DNA of 64,000 bases from a virus, in the IMG/VR virus record IMGVR_UViG_3300027736_000029, positions 1-64,000 of that record; one strand, 5' to 3'. The notes beneath the pieces were generated by a model that searched no databases, was not told where the DNA came from, and worked only from the letters and a program-made list of their open reading frames with translations. Position 1 is the first letter of the stretch; each line of letters begins with the position of its first letter. The translations under genes were made by a program, and so were the position numbers. Positions 19,485-28,434 of the stretch are shown here, piece by piece.

Positions 19485-19832
19485 TTATAGTTCTTTTGTA
19501 TCAGATAAAGACAATCCGTCTTCCTCGTCTACTTTTTGAATTAACATTTTGTCTCTGTCTTCAGAGTTGAACCAATAATCCACAACTTTGTTTAGGTTAC
19601 CAACAAAAGCTCCTAAAAGAATTAATAACATTTCTTTCCAATCTTCTTGGATTTCAATTCCAAAGAACACCGCTGAGTTAATACCTAAGATAATGAAGAA
19701 AAATAACCCCAATACAATTGCGGTAATTCTCCAACGATTTGCTTGCATTTGTTGTAACATGTAGTAAAAACGATTTTTGTCTTCTACCTTTGTGTAACTT
19801 GTTTCACTACTTAATAATTTTTTTAAATTCAT
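19485..19832 (-). CDS. small 2-TM membrane protein (holin-like topology)
   Basis: Two hydrophobic segments, VVDYWFNS, charged C-tail. Confidence 0.6.
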   Translation of the reverse strand: MNLKKLLSSETSYTKVEDKNRFYYMLQQMQANRWRITAIVLGLFFFIILGINSAVFFGIEIQEDWKEMLLILLGAFVGNLNKVVDYWFNSEDRDKMLIQKVDEEDGLSLSDTKEL

Positions 19833-19838
19833 TTGTTT

Positions 19839-20561
19839 TTAAGATTTAAAGACACCCTTTTTTATTAATTTTGACACTACTCTTGACGATGCCGTTTCAA
19901 GAGCTTTTTTGGTCGAAATACCTATTGTTGATTGATTAAACTTAATTTCATCAACATCTGATAATAATGTTGATGTCTTAATTGTTGAAGCTTCACCCAA
20001 ACCACTTCCTGTGATTATCTCACCTGTTTCAGCATCCACAAATCTAACTTGTAAACCTAATCGAGTTGTTTGTGTCGCTTTAGCCCCATCAACCGCTTTA
20101 ACTACCTCATCTTCAGATACTGAAAAGTCATATACTTCGATATAAACAAAATACTTAGCCAAGACAATATTACCTTTAACTTCAATTTTATTACTTGAAA
20201 TACCTTTATCAGATGCTTTGTCCTGTGCAATCATTTTCTGTTTGATTTCCTCTCTGTCTTCAGTAAATTTAAATCTATCTGTTGACTCCAAGTATTCCAA
20301 CACGATGTTTGCAACCCCTAATCCAACTCTCTTATCTTTCAACTCAGGGTACATGTCATATAGTTCCTGATTGATACCGATTTTAAGGACTTGAATTGGA
20401 ATCACAATTGTATCAGTGTAATCCGATACAACAGCCATGGATTGTCTCTTTTCAAAATCCGCTTGATATTCTTCAGTTTTCACAGTACCAATTTGTGCGC
20501 TTGTTTTACAAGAGAACATGAATAATGGTAGTGTAATTAATATCAATTTTTTCATTACCAA
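19839..20561 (-). CDS. CsgG/HfaB-family lipoprotein
   Basis: Lipobox FMFS-C; RF...DR, DFS and LQVRFVDAETGEII pattern of CsgG-like proteins. Confidence 0.75.
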   Translation of the reverse strand: MVMKKLILITLPLFMFSCKTSAQIGTVKTEEYQADFEKRQSMAVVSDYTDTIVIPIQVLKIGINQELYDMYPELKDKRVGLGVANIVLEYLESTDRFKFTEDREEIKQKMIAQDKASDKGISSNKIEVKGNIVLAKYFVYIEVYDFSVSEDEVVKAVDGAKATQTTRLGLQVRFVDAETGEIITGSGLGEASTIKTSTLLSDVDEIKFNQSTIGISTKKALETASSRVVSKLIKKGVFKS

Positions 20562-20875
20562 CTTTCTTCTTCCTTTTTAGGTTGTGGTTGTGCAGGTTGA
20601 GCTGCAGGTTTTTCAATTACTCTTTCGATAACGTGAGTTCCTCCACCGTTTTCAACCTTTTGTTTATTTTCCTGATTTTGTTGTACATTAACAATCACGG
20701 GTGCAGGTGCTACTTGTTCTGTTTTAGTTTCTTCTTTTGAGTCTTCATGACCTCCAAAAAGCATAGTTGATAACCATACTCCTCCACCAGCAACTACTGT
20801 AGTTAATGTTGCGATAATGGTCTTCTTTAATCCTGACCAACTACCATCGTTTGTTTCATTTGTTTCTTCTGACAT
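20555..20875 (-). CDS. single-TM protein with Pro/Gln-rich tail
   Basis: One hydrophobic helix; APAPVIVNVQQNQ. Confidence 0.7.
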   Translation of the reverse strand: MSEETNETNDGSWSGLKKTIIATLTTVVAGGGVWLSTMLFGGHEDSKEETKTEQVAPAPVIVNVQQNQENKQKVENGGGTHVIERVIEKPAAQPAQPQPKKEEESW

Positions 20876-20947
20876 AATATTTGTTTTTTAGTTTATTGTT
20901 TATTTATTTATTATGGCTAAGAGGTCACCGAAGTGACCTCATTATAA

Positions 20948-22867
20948 TTATTGTACTACTATTTTTGTTGCGATGTTCTTGTCAACTCTTTTTAACATTG
21001 CCACGTAAACTCCTGGTGATAAGTTACCTAAATCAACCATATATGAATATTCTCCTTTTGGTACTGAACTGTCCAAAACAACTTGATATTCTCTACCCAT
21101 TAAATCTTTAATTGAAAGTTTAACTGGACCATATTCTTTAACTTTAAAAGTAATTGCTGTCACATCATCAGTTGGATTTGGTGATACCATTATTTCATCG
21201 TTACCTGTTAAATCACCACCCATAGACATTTTATATACTTGGATAATTCCATTTGTTGGTGTGATTTCTAAATCTTTACATTGATTGTTTCCTGCAAATT
21301 TGTTTGTTGTCCATAAGGGACTAACTGTCCATTCTGTCTGTGGTTTTTTAGCGAGAAATTGTAAAGTTACAACCTCATCACCATCAACAAGTGGTTTAGA
21401 GTGGTTATTTACATCGAACCCACCCCAATCAATTTGATTGTCGTTTGTGTTTAAGTATGACACCCAACTTGAAGTTGCCGATTTTGTTTCAACACCTTTA
21501 AACTCAAGTAATGTATCGTTGTATTTTAACCCAAACTGTAATGAACCTAGTTTATCCCCGTTAGTTAAAACCTTAACAGGTACATTAACTAAGTTACCTT
21601 CTTGTACTGTTAATCTTGGTACGTTAACTTCAATAGTTGTTGTTGGAAAATCGTATTTAACTCTACTATCAATTACGTTATAAATTTGATTTTCAACACC
21701 TGGTTGAGGTGTAATTAACACTTCTATTGGAGTTACACGAGCCATTTTATAACCTGTTCCATTCGCATCACCTGGTACTAAAACATAGTAAGTAACTGAG
21801 TCAGGTTGTCCCGCAACAATATCAAACGTAAAGTTAGTTGCTCCTGCAATTGTTGATGTATAGTTAGTAGATGAGTTATTGATTGTATTGTATTGAGCCA
21901 CAGTAAAGAATTTAACATCTTTTACACTGTTAGGCCATGCAGAGAACCTACCTGAAATTCTACCAAATGTACCCCAAGCATCTGAGATAGTTAAGTTATT
22001 ATCGCCGTTAACATCAGCAGCGTAGAAATTAAAACCTGTTGGTGTTTGTGTACCTAATACATAGTCCTGTACTTTTTGTGCATCAGCTGTGGATATTACA
22101 TTACCAACACTCATAGTATCACCTTGTACTTTAATTCTTACAAAGTAACCTGTAGTATCAATTGACACGTCTTTGAATGCAAACTTACCTTGTTTATTTG
22201 TAACTTGACTTGTCACTTGAACCCATGAACCACTTGGTTTAAGTTTCTTCTCCAAAGCAACTGTAAGGTTTTTAGCTCCTGAACCAGTCACGTTGGTAAA
22301 AGTACCTTTGAATGACATTGTTTGAGGAGCAATAACACCACCATAGTTTTGTAGAGTTAATGTATTGTCTGTACCATCTTGTTTAGCAGCGATTGCTGGA
22401 TATGTTGATACGGTACCAAAAGTCATGTTCGCAATTGATGTAAGTGATGCAAATCCTGTGACGTGACGTAACTTCAATCTAATCATTGGACCTGAAGATA
22501 TTTCAAATGTGGACAAACTACCCGTATAGGTCATAGTAATTGTTGCATGACCTGCGGATTGATTTACACTATACTTCAGATTTTGAGCAAAAGATGTGTT
22601 CAAAGATGTTATGGTATCAATACCTGAGAATGCTGAGTTATCGTAGAAAACTCTAAATTGGAATGCAGTAATTTTTGTTGAGGTATTATTGTAAAAACAT
22701 AAATCTACATTTGTAAAACCTTGAACAACGGTTCCTGCCAAATACGAAGTGTCCAAGTTAATGTAAACACCCGAAGCGGACGGTGTTGGACAAGTTGTAG
22801 TTTGCCCAAAACCAAAAATGGTTAATAACGAGAACGTTAGGGTAAGAAGAATTTTTTTCATTAGCAT
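20948..22867 (-). CDS. T9SS-sorted scaffold: cohesin + Ig-like + dockerin-like + cohesin + type A CTD
   Basis: Signal peptide; ITAFQFRVFYD and LGSLQFGLKYN cohesin motifs; AADVNGDNNLTISD; SPNP...LSPGVY...TKIVVQ C-terminal domain. Confidence 0.82.
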   Translation of the reverse strand: MLMKKILLTLTFSLLTIFGFGQTTTCPTPSASGVYINLDTSYLAGTVVQGFTNVDLCFYNNTSTKITAFQFRVFYDNSAFSGIDTITSLNTSFAQNLKYSVNQSAGHATITMTYTGSLSTFEISSGPMIRLKLRHVTGFASLTSIANMTFGTVSTYPAIAAKQDGTDNTLTLQNYGGVIAPQTMSFKGTFTNVTGSGAKNLTVALEKKLKPSGSWVQVTSQVTNKQGKFAFKDVSIDTTGYFVRIKVQGDTMSVGNVISTADAQKVQDYVLGTQTPTGFNFYAADVNGDNNLTISDAWGTFGRISGRFSAWPNSVKDVKFFTVAQYNTINNSSTNYTSTIAGATNFTFDIVAGQPDSVTYYVLVPGDANGTGYKMARVTPIEVLITPQPGVENQIYNVIDSRVKYDFPTTTIEVNVPRLTVQEGNLVNVPVKVLTNGDKLGSLQFGLKYNDTLLEFKGVETKSATSSWVSYLNTNDNQIDWGGFDVNNHSKPLVDGDEVVTLQFLAKKPQTEWTVSPLWTTNKFAGNNQCKDLEITPTNGIIQVYKMSMGGDLTGNDEIMVSPNPTDDVTAITFKVKEYGPVKLSIKDLMGREYQVVLDSSVPKGEYSYMVDLGNLSPGVYVAMLKRVDKNIATKIVVQ

Positions 22868-22900
22868 TTTTTTGTTTGGTTTATTTTTATTTAGTATTGA

Positions 22901-22948
22901 CTATAAATATTCTTAGTTTATAATTCGACCCTATTATTACTATTTATA
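22901..22948. promoter_or_regulatory. divergent pair of TATTTATA (putative phage late) promoters
   Basis: TATAAATA at ~22902 (minus-sense TATTTATA) and TATTTATA at 22941. Confidence 0.55.
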
Positions 22949-22956
22949 ATTAAATT

Positions 22957-23412
22957 ATGAGATTATTTTTTCTGTTATTATTCGTAGTATTATTTACCCC
23001 AATCCACTCACAAGTTAAAATTGATGACGTTGGAGATGGATGGAAATTAAGAGTTGATAGTGCAGTTGCCCTAATAAGAAATACCGATTTGGATAAGTAC
23101 GGATTATTAATAAAAGTTTGTGACCATGTCTCTTATTGGAATGGTGGGTTTTCAACTATTGAGGACTCATCCACAATTCTAATAACTCAAAAAGATATGT
23201 TATATGGTTCAATCAATAATATTGCAGCAATCATTATACATGAATCTAAACACTTATATTATCTTAGGAACAAAATATCCCTTCCACCTCATGAAGAAGA
23301 GTTAAGGTGTTATAAATACGAATTGAGTTTTCTTATTAAAGTTCCAAATGTTGAACCTTGGTTAGTTGATAATGCAAAAGATAAGATAAGATTATTTTCT
23401 TCATTGGATTAA
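22957..23412 (+). CDS. secreted HExxH zinc metallopeptidase-like protein
   Basis: Signal peptide; IIHESKH...EE. Confidence 0.6.
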   Translation: MRLFFLLLFVVLFTPIHSQVKIDDVGDGWKLRVDSAVALIRNTDLDKYGLLIKVCDHVSYWNGGFSTIEDSSTILITQKDMLYGSINNIAAIIIHESKHLYYLRNKISLPPHEEELRCYKYELSFLIKVPNVEPWLVDNAKDKIRLFSSLD

Positions 23413-23439
23413 CGAATTTTTTTAATTACCTTTGTTATT

Positions 23440-23646
23440 ATGACAGAAGAAGAATTAGACAATTGGAAGGCGGTCGATTACCGAATGAGGGAAGAAGGAA
23501 TTGACTATTGTTTTGAACATTACAGTTCATTCAAGGAAATTGAAGATAAGGAATTCCATAAATTAAGAATGGAGTTCTTAGATAGTATGAAAAAAATACG
23601 TGAATACGTTAAAGATAAAATTGAAAGTTATGAAGAAGAGTATTAA
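23440..23646 (+). CDS. hypothetical protein
   Basis: ORF track; TACCTTTG upstream. Confidence 0.7.
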   Translation: MTEEELDNWKAVDYRMREEGIDYCFEHYSSFKEIEDKEFHKLRMEFLDSMKKIREYVKDKIESYEEEY

Positions 23647-23884
23647 TATATTATTGGTCTTAGGTTTAATCTCATCTTGTAATATGAAACCTGATGTCCT
23701 TGAAACAAAAATGAAATTTGTAATTGACTCTGTTGAGTACCATGGAATTGGTCAAGACAATACATTACAAACAACTCCTTATTGGAGAGTCCATTTAAAA
23801 GAAAAGAATTTGTGGACAAAGGTTATCACTCGTCAAGAAGTTGGTGATACTGTGGAATTTACAATTCGTAAATCTAACTTTTAA
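23630..23884 (+). CDS. putative lipoprotein
   Basis: MKKSINILLVLGLISS-C lipobox. Confidence 0.65.
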   Translation: MKKSINILLVLGLISSCNMKPDVLETKMKFVIDSVEYHGIGQDNTLQTTPYWRVHLKEKNLWTKVITRQEVGDTVEFTIRKSNF

Positions 23885-24285
23885 TCCTGTTCGTAAATTA
23901 CATTACTGTATTGGGGATTTTCTTTATCAAATTTCTTAACGAAAATTCCCGATAAAGTATTTGCCATGTTTTCTTCAGGACCACCAATGTCCTGTATTTT
24001 ATCAGTATCTTTAAGTCCCATCTTTTGATGCTGGTATTCATGAACCCATTCGTGTGCGACGGTTCTAAAAATATCAATCAATAATCTTTTGTGTACTAAA
24101 ACATATATCTTATGACCAGGTTTTCTAACACCTGTGGTCATCTTTATATCCCTATTACCTGTGAATGTAATATAAACGTCTTCTGTAAGTGGTAATTCAC
24201 TTTGCAAGAATTTAACAAACTCTTTCGTAACTTCGATTTGTTCGGGTGTTGAGAATTTATTAATATCTTTGAAACATGCTTTCAT
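23881..24285 (-). CDS. HExxH metallopeptidase-like phage protein
   Basis: RTVAHEWVH...EENMAN. Confidence 0.65.
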   Translation of the reverse strand: MKACFKDINKFSTPEQIEVTKEFVKFLQSELPLTEDVYITFTGNRDIKMTTGVRKPGHKIYVLVHKRLLIDIFRTVAHEWVHEYQHQKMGLKDTDKIQDIGGPEENMANTLSGIFVKKFDKENPQYSNVIYEQD

Positions 24286-24301
24286 TATTAATAAATACAA
24301 T

Positions 24302-24472
24302 AAAAAGGGTTAAGTGAAAAAAGTTGAATAAAATGTTTAAAAGAATTTTAACATTTGAGGTATCGAAAGGTTTGACAATTTGAATACTGACATTTGAGTA
24401 CGTATCAGTTCAGGTATCAAGTTTCTAGATGTATGTAGATAACGTATTATCCTCCCTCTTCCAACTTAACCC
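24302..24472 (-). ncRNA. candidate structured RNA with internal repeats downstream of a coiled-coil gene
   Basis: GGGTTAAGT (24307-15)/ACTTAACCC (24464-72) closing stem then U-run; 3 x UCAAA(U)UGU and 3 x GAUAC inside. Confidence 0.5.
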
Positions 24473-24478
24473 AATATC

Positions 24479-24910
24479 TTAGATGGATGTTGTAGCGTTA
24501 TGCTCATCCAACTCCTCTTGGAGTCTTTCAATTTCTTCTTCGATTGTTAAAACCAGTTGGTCTTTTTCCAATACGCTAATTTTCGCAGTTTTAACAACTG
24601 CTTCACCTCTACCATAACGGTCAAAGTGTTTACCATCGACACAATCCAATTGTCTTAAATTTGACAACTGAGATTTCAATTCAGACATACGGAAAATTTT
24701 ACCGTATACAGGAGCATTTGCCAAATGTAATTTGGTTTTTAATTCAACCAATTCTTCACTCATGGTCAACCAATTTCTCATTGATTCTACAACATCGTAA
24801 ACTCGTGCTGAACCTTCCTCAACAGAATTATACATTTGAACTTTACTGAACTCTTGGTTCATTTTTGAAGCTAATTTCTTCTTGTACTTTAAGGCTTGTT
24901 TTACTTTCAT
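24479..24910 (-). CDS. coiled-coil protein, DIP1984-like
   Basis: MKVKQALK... start, LK..L..AN, LQEELDEHNATT end resemble the DIP1984 family. Confidence 0.5.
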   Translation of the reverse strand: MKVKQALKYKKKLASKMNQEFSKVQMYNSVEEGSARVYDVVESMRNWLTMSEELVELKTKLHLANAPVYGKIFRMSELKSQLSNLRQLDCVDGKHFDRYGRGEAVVKTAKISVLEKDQLVLTIEEEIERLQEELDEHNATTSI

Positions 24911-24961
24911 AATCTTGTTTCTTATTTGTATAATATAAGTGTTTTATTTCAAAAGTCAAAT

Positions 24962-25300
24962 TTAATCATCACCCGCATCCCACTCAGTGAATATAAATTC
25001 CAATCTAATGAATGTTATTTGGTCGTATCGGTTCTTGTATACCGTAGCCTTCAAACCTCCACTAGAACTCATATATGGTTCGTTTAAACCCATTCGACCA
25101 GCTTCTTTAATACCTTCAATAGAACTATTAATCCTATCTTTAGCACTTTCAATTAAATCATATTTTGTTGGGACTCTGTACCCGTTATGCGTTAACCATC
25201 TCCAACCTATATATTCCATCATTAGTTGGCACTTATAGAAGTCGAAGTTTTGGATTACTTCATCAATTAATTCTTGTTCTTTTTTGTTAATGGTTATCAT
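24962..25300 (-). CDS. hypothetical phage protein
   Basis: FDFYK...M....W.W...SSGG. Confidence 0.7.
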   Translation of the reverse strand: MITINKKEQELIDEVIQNFDFYKCQLMMEYIGWRWLTHNGYRVPTKYDLIESAKDRINSSIEGIKEAGRMGLNEPYMSSSGGLKATVYKNRYDQITFIRLEFIFTEWDAGDD

Positions 25301-25490
25301 GTGGGTCTCCTATTTTTTTAACTCTATACTTATATCCTGAGTCAGAGTTGATTTCGAACCGAAGTCTCATCTCTTCAGCAGCTTCTTTTGTTTCAAATTC
25401 TAATACGTCATCTGCACTATCTAAAATAATAACAGGTAATTCTTTTTCTCTTGTGGCATCTTTCACCATCTTTATAATAATGTAACTCAT
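25287..25490 (-). CDS. hypothetical protein
   Basis: ORF track. Confidence 0.65.
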   Translation of the reverse strand: MSYIIIKMVKDATREKELPVIILDSADDVLEFETKEAAEEMRLRFEINSDSGYKYRVKKIGDPHDNH

Positions 25491-25545
25491 ACCCCTATTA
25501 TAAGAAAAGAATCCCCAACTTTCAAGGTCAGGGATTTCTTTTTTT

Positions 25546-26283
25546 TTAGATGGATTGGACCATCATTTCGGTCATACCATTCCATTTTTTGATTTGAGAT
25601 TTTGGAACCCAAAACTCCATCTCTCCAATTTCCTCAACTCGTTTCAAGTAATCGTTACGGAAACGTTCAACTTCAGACTTGTTCTTGATGTACTCCACCT
25701 TCATGTGTTTAGAACATGTCTTACCCATCTTAGTCAACATTGAGAACTCATCGGTCAACTCACGTCCGCAACACATACAGATGTTACCACGTTTTACGGT
25801 CATCTTACCTGCGAACTTAACCGCCTTTGGACTAACACCCAACAAACGAGTGATATCAATCAACACAGGGTTGAACTCCAAACCGTATGTCTCTTTCAAT
25901 TGTTGACCAATTTTACGAGCCAAGATGATTGATTCACCTTCAGTTGGCCAGTTCATACTGATGGTCTTGTTTTTGTTCTCCTCTTTTACGATTTGAGCAA
26001 CTGCCGCTGACACTTGTTTGTCTGTCAACTTACCATACTTTTCCAATTTAGATTGGATGTCTTTAACAAAGTTGTTCTCACCTGTGTAGGATTGAATCTT
26101 CTTCATGTCCTCGGTCAACTCAACTTGTTTTGCTTCAACGGGTGCGTTAAAGATTTTCTCAACCGCCACGTTTTGGGCTGGTGTTAATTGACCGTATTTT
26201 GCGATTACGTCTTTCATTTTCATGATGAATTGGTTTTGACCTTTGTAGTTCTTAACGTTTTGGATTGTAGATGTAGTTGTCAT
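25546..26283 (-). CDS. protein with duplicated N-terminal module and DUF6011-like Zn finger
   Basis: YxG.N.F...KYG.LT twice; CMCCGRELTD..S...G..C. Confidence 0.7.
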   Translation of the reverse strand: MTTTSTIQNVKNYKGQNQFIMKMKDVIAKYGQLTPAQNVAVEKIFNAPVEAKQVELTEDMKKIQSYTGENNFVKDIQSKLEKYGKLTDKQVSAAVAQIVKEENKNKTISMNWPTEGESIILARKIGQQLKETYGLEFNPVLIDITRLLGVSPKAVKFAGKMTVKRGNICMCCGRELTDEFSMLTKMGKTCSKHMKVEYIKNKSEVERFRNDYLKRVEEIGEMEFWVPKSQIKKWNGMTEMMVQSI

Positions 26284-26341
26284 ATTTGTATCGTTTTGTG
26301 AATACAAATATACAACAATAGTTTGAACCACCAAACTAATT

Positions 26342-26884
26342 TCAATATTTTACCCAATTTTTTTTGTAATCCTTGTTGAAGGCACAAAACTCCGCATAAT
26401 CGTTGATAATCGGTATACCTGTATTGTAGTATCCACATATCACCGCCCAATCTTTATATTGTTTGTGAAGTTTACTTAACAACTTCATGGAGATTTGAAC
26501 GTTAAGGTCAATGTTGTAGAGCAAGTCCTTCTGACTAATCTTCTTACCACTGACGTAATTTGCAGTACTCGGCATAATCTGCATTGGTCCTTTGGCTCCT
26601 GATGATGAAATTAATTTTCCATTATAGTTCCAATCAAATGGTCCTTGATATCTTGTCTCACGATAAGCCACGTTGTAGGCAACGTGTTTTGGTACCTTAT
26701 ACAACTTCGAATACTTCTCTATTGAGGTATACATTTGAAGACTGTAGGGTGAGTTTTGTTTCCCACCCATTTCCTCCAATTTGTATTCTTCTTCAGGTGC
26801 CGTCATGCTGAACAAGCTAATACCCGCTCCGATGACACAGAGTACCAAAATAAGATAGAAATATTTGAATCCGTTTATTACCAT
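26342..26884 (-). CDS. lytic transglycosylase (SLT family) with N-terminal TM
   Basis: ET...GAKGPMQIMPST...YNTG. Confidence 0.88.
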   Translation of the reverse strand: MVINGFKYFYLILVLCVIGAGISLFSMTAPEEEYKLEEMGGKQNSPYSLQMYTSIEKYSKLYKVPKHVAYNVAYRETRYQGPFDWNYNGKLISSSGAKGPMQIMPSTANYVSGKKISQKDLLYNIDLNVQISMKLLSKLHKQYKDWAVICGYYNTGIPIINDYAEFCAFNKDYKKNWVKY

Positions 26885-27204
26885 TAGTTAGTTGGAGTTG
26901 CTGGTTTATAGATACTTTTTGCGTACATGTTGAAGATTTGAACACCGATTGAATCTTGATACAAGATATAAGTCCCGTCACCCTTTTGGATAATCAATAA
27001 GTTGTTGTTCTCATCCATTGCTAGTTTAACCTCTGATTTCCTAACAGAGACAACCTGAGGTCGTTTGCTGTATGTTGTTTTGATGTAGTCGTAGTAGTAT
27101 CCGATTGAGATACCTCCTGCAAAACTGATTGAAATAATCGTATAAAACGAGATTTGCTTCAACAGTCCTTTTACTTTTTGTTTGATATTTTCCATGTTTT
27201 CCAT
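26884..27204 (-). CDS. single-TM hypothetical protein
   Basis: ORF track; start refined. Confidence 0.65.
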   Translation of the reverse strand: MENMENIKQKVKGLLKQISFYTIISISFAGGISIGYYYDYIKTTYSKRPQVVSVRKSEVKLAMDENNNLLIIQKGDGTYILYQDSIGVQIFNMYAKSIYKPATPTN

Positions 27205-27265
27205 AATTGTTTTTTTTTTAATGGTACAAAAAACCCCTTGTATTATCAAGGGGTATCGATGTTTT

Positions 27266-27742
27266 TTAATTTTGGGTGAAGGCTTTGTCAGCCCAAGTCT
27301 TCGCTCCCATTCGGTCCCAGATGTTCATGTCACACATGTCAGGGAATGAACTTCTCATATCACCAACGGTCAATACATCCAAGAAAGCTTTATCGATTCC
27401 GTGCCACTTGTTACCCTTAGTAGTGAAAACATTGTGCCAGTATTCAACTCCGTTGTCGTAAGACACCTTAACTTGGATGTTTACCAAAGTGTTTTTCTTG
27501 TACCCTGCAATAACAGAATGAGCGGTACCTTTCTTGTCGTGAATGCTTAGGAAACCCGCTTGACACTTGCCAGCGATACGGAACTCATATTCCTTATTAA
27601 GGTCTTTGATGTGGTTAGAAACCATTACAGAGATGGTTTTATCCTTACATACGGTGTCAAAAGAGCCGTAGAATACGTCTCCTGCCATTGTTCCTTCAGT
27701 TACTTTGATGATTGTGTTGGTGGTTGTGTTTGTCATAGTCAT
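27266..27742 (-). CDS. hypothetical protein
   Basis: ORF track; start refined; TATCTTTG promoter. Confidence 0.7.
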   Translation of the reverse strand: MTMTNTTTNTIIKVTEGTMAGDVFYGSFDTVCKDKTISVMVSNHIKDLNKEYEFRIAGKCQAGFLSIHDKKGTAHSVIAGYKKNTLVNIQVKVSYDNGVEYWHNVFTTKGNKWHGIDKAFLDVLTVGDMRSSFPDMCDMNIWDRMGAKTWADKAFTQN

Positions 27743-27794
27743 ATCGTTTTGTGAATACAAAGATACAACAATAATTGACTTCCACAAATCTTTT

Positions 27795-27962
27795 TTACAA
27801 TTTTTTTTCTTCGTCAGGAGTGCATTTTTTTTCTGCCCCACATATCGGGCATTCTTTGATTTCTTTTGATTTAATGTATTTCATTCTAACAAGTTTACCC
27901 AATTCAAAATCATTTGGGTGATTTTTAATTTCTTCTTCGGTGATGATTAAGTATTGTCCCAT
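27795..27962 (-). CDS. small protein, 55 aa (MGQYLIITEEEIKNHPNDFELGKLVR...CPIC)
   Basis: Manual translation. Confidence 0.6.
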   Translation of the reverse strand: MGQYLIITEEEIKNHPNDFELGKLVRMKYIKSKEIKECPICGAEKKCTPDEEKKL

Positions 27963-28026
27963 ATCGTTATTTCTTTACATTATAAATATAATAGTTCATT
28001 TTTATAAAATAAACCTATTTATAGTT

Positions 28027-28434
28027 ATGGGATTAGATAAGGATAAACTAAAACGTCTTGAAGATAAATTAAAATATTTATACAAAATGGAATTCGAACA
28101 AACAAAGTTCGTCACCAGTAATATTGACATTGACTTTGAGCAAATGGAAGATGAAGATAAGGAATGGATACTTGAAAGAGTTAATATCCAAGTTGACTTT
28201 GAATATGACGGAGCTCTTGATGGGGATGAAATATATTACTTTACCCGTGATTTGAAGATTATGTGTGATAAATTTACTTCCGTAATTAAACGATATACCC
28301 CAACCCAAGAAGGTAAACTTGTTTCAGGTGATTCAAATTGTCATGTTTCAGACCCAATGATAATCAGAGTTGATTACAAATATGAGGACACCCACAATTT
28401 TACATTAGCAACATTTATTACATACATAGACTAA
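28027..28434 (+). CDS. hypothetical acidic protein
   Basis: TATTTAT at 28016-28022, then ATG at 28027. Confidence 0.7.
   Translation: MGLDKDKLKRLEDKLKYLYKMEFEQTKFVTSNIDIDFEQMEDEDKEWILERVNIQVDFEYDGALDGDEIYYFTRDLKIMCDKFTSVIKRYTPTQEGKLVSGDSNCHVSDPMIIRVDYKYEDTHNFTLATFITYID

Noticed and set aside
22901-22948. T4-type late promoter TATAAATA read in the sense direction
   Set aside because: Across the window the motif consistently reads TATTTAT on the coding strand just upstream of starts
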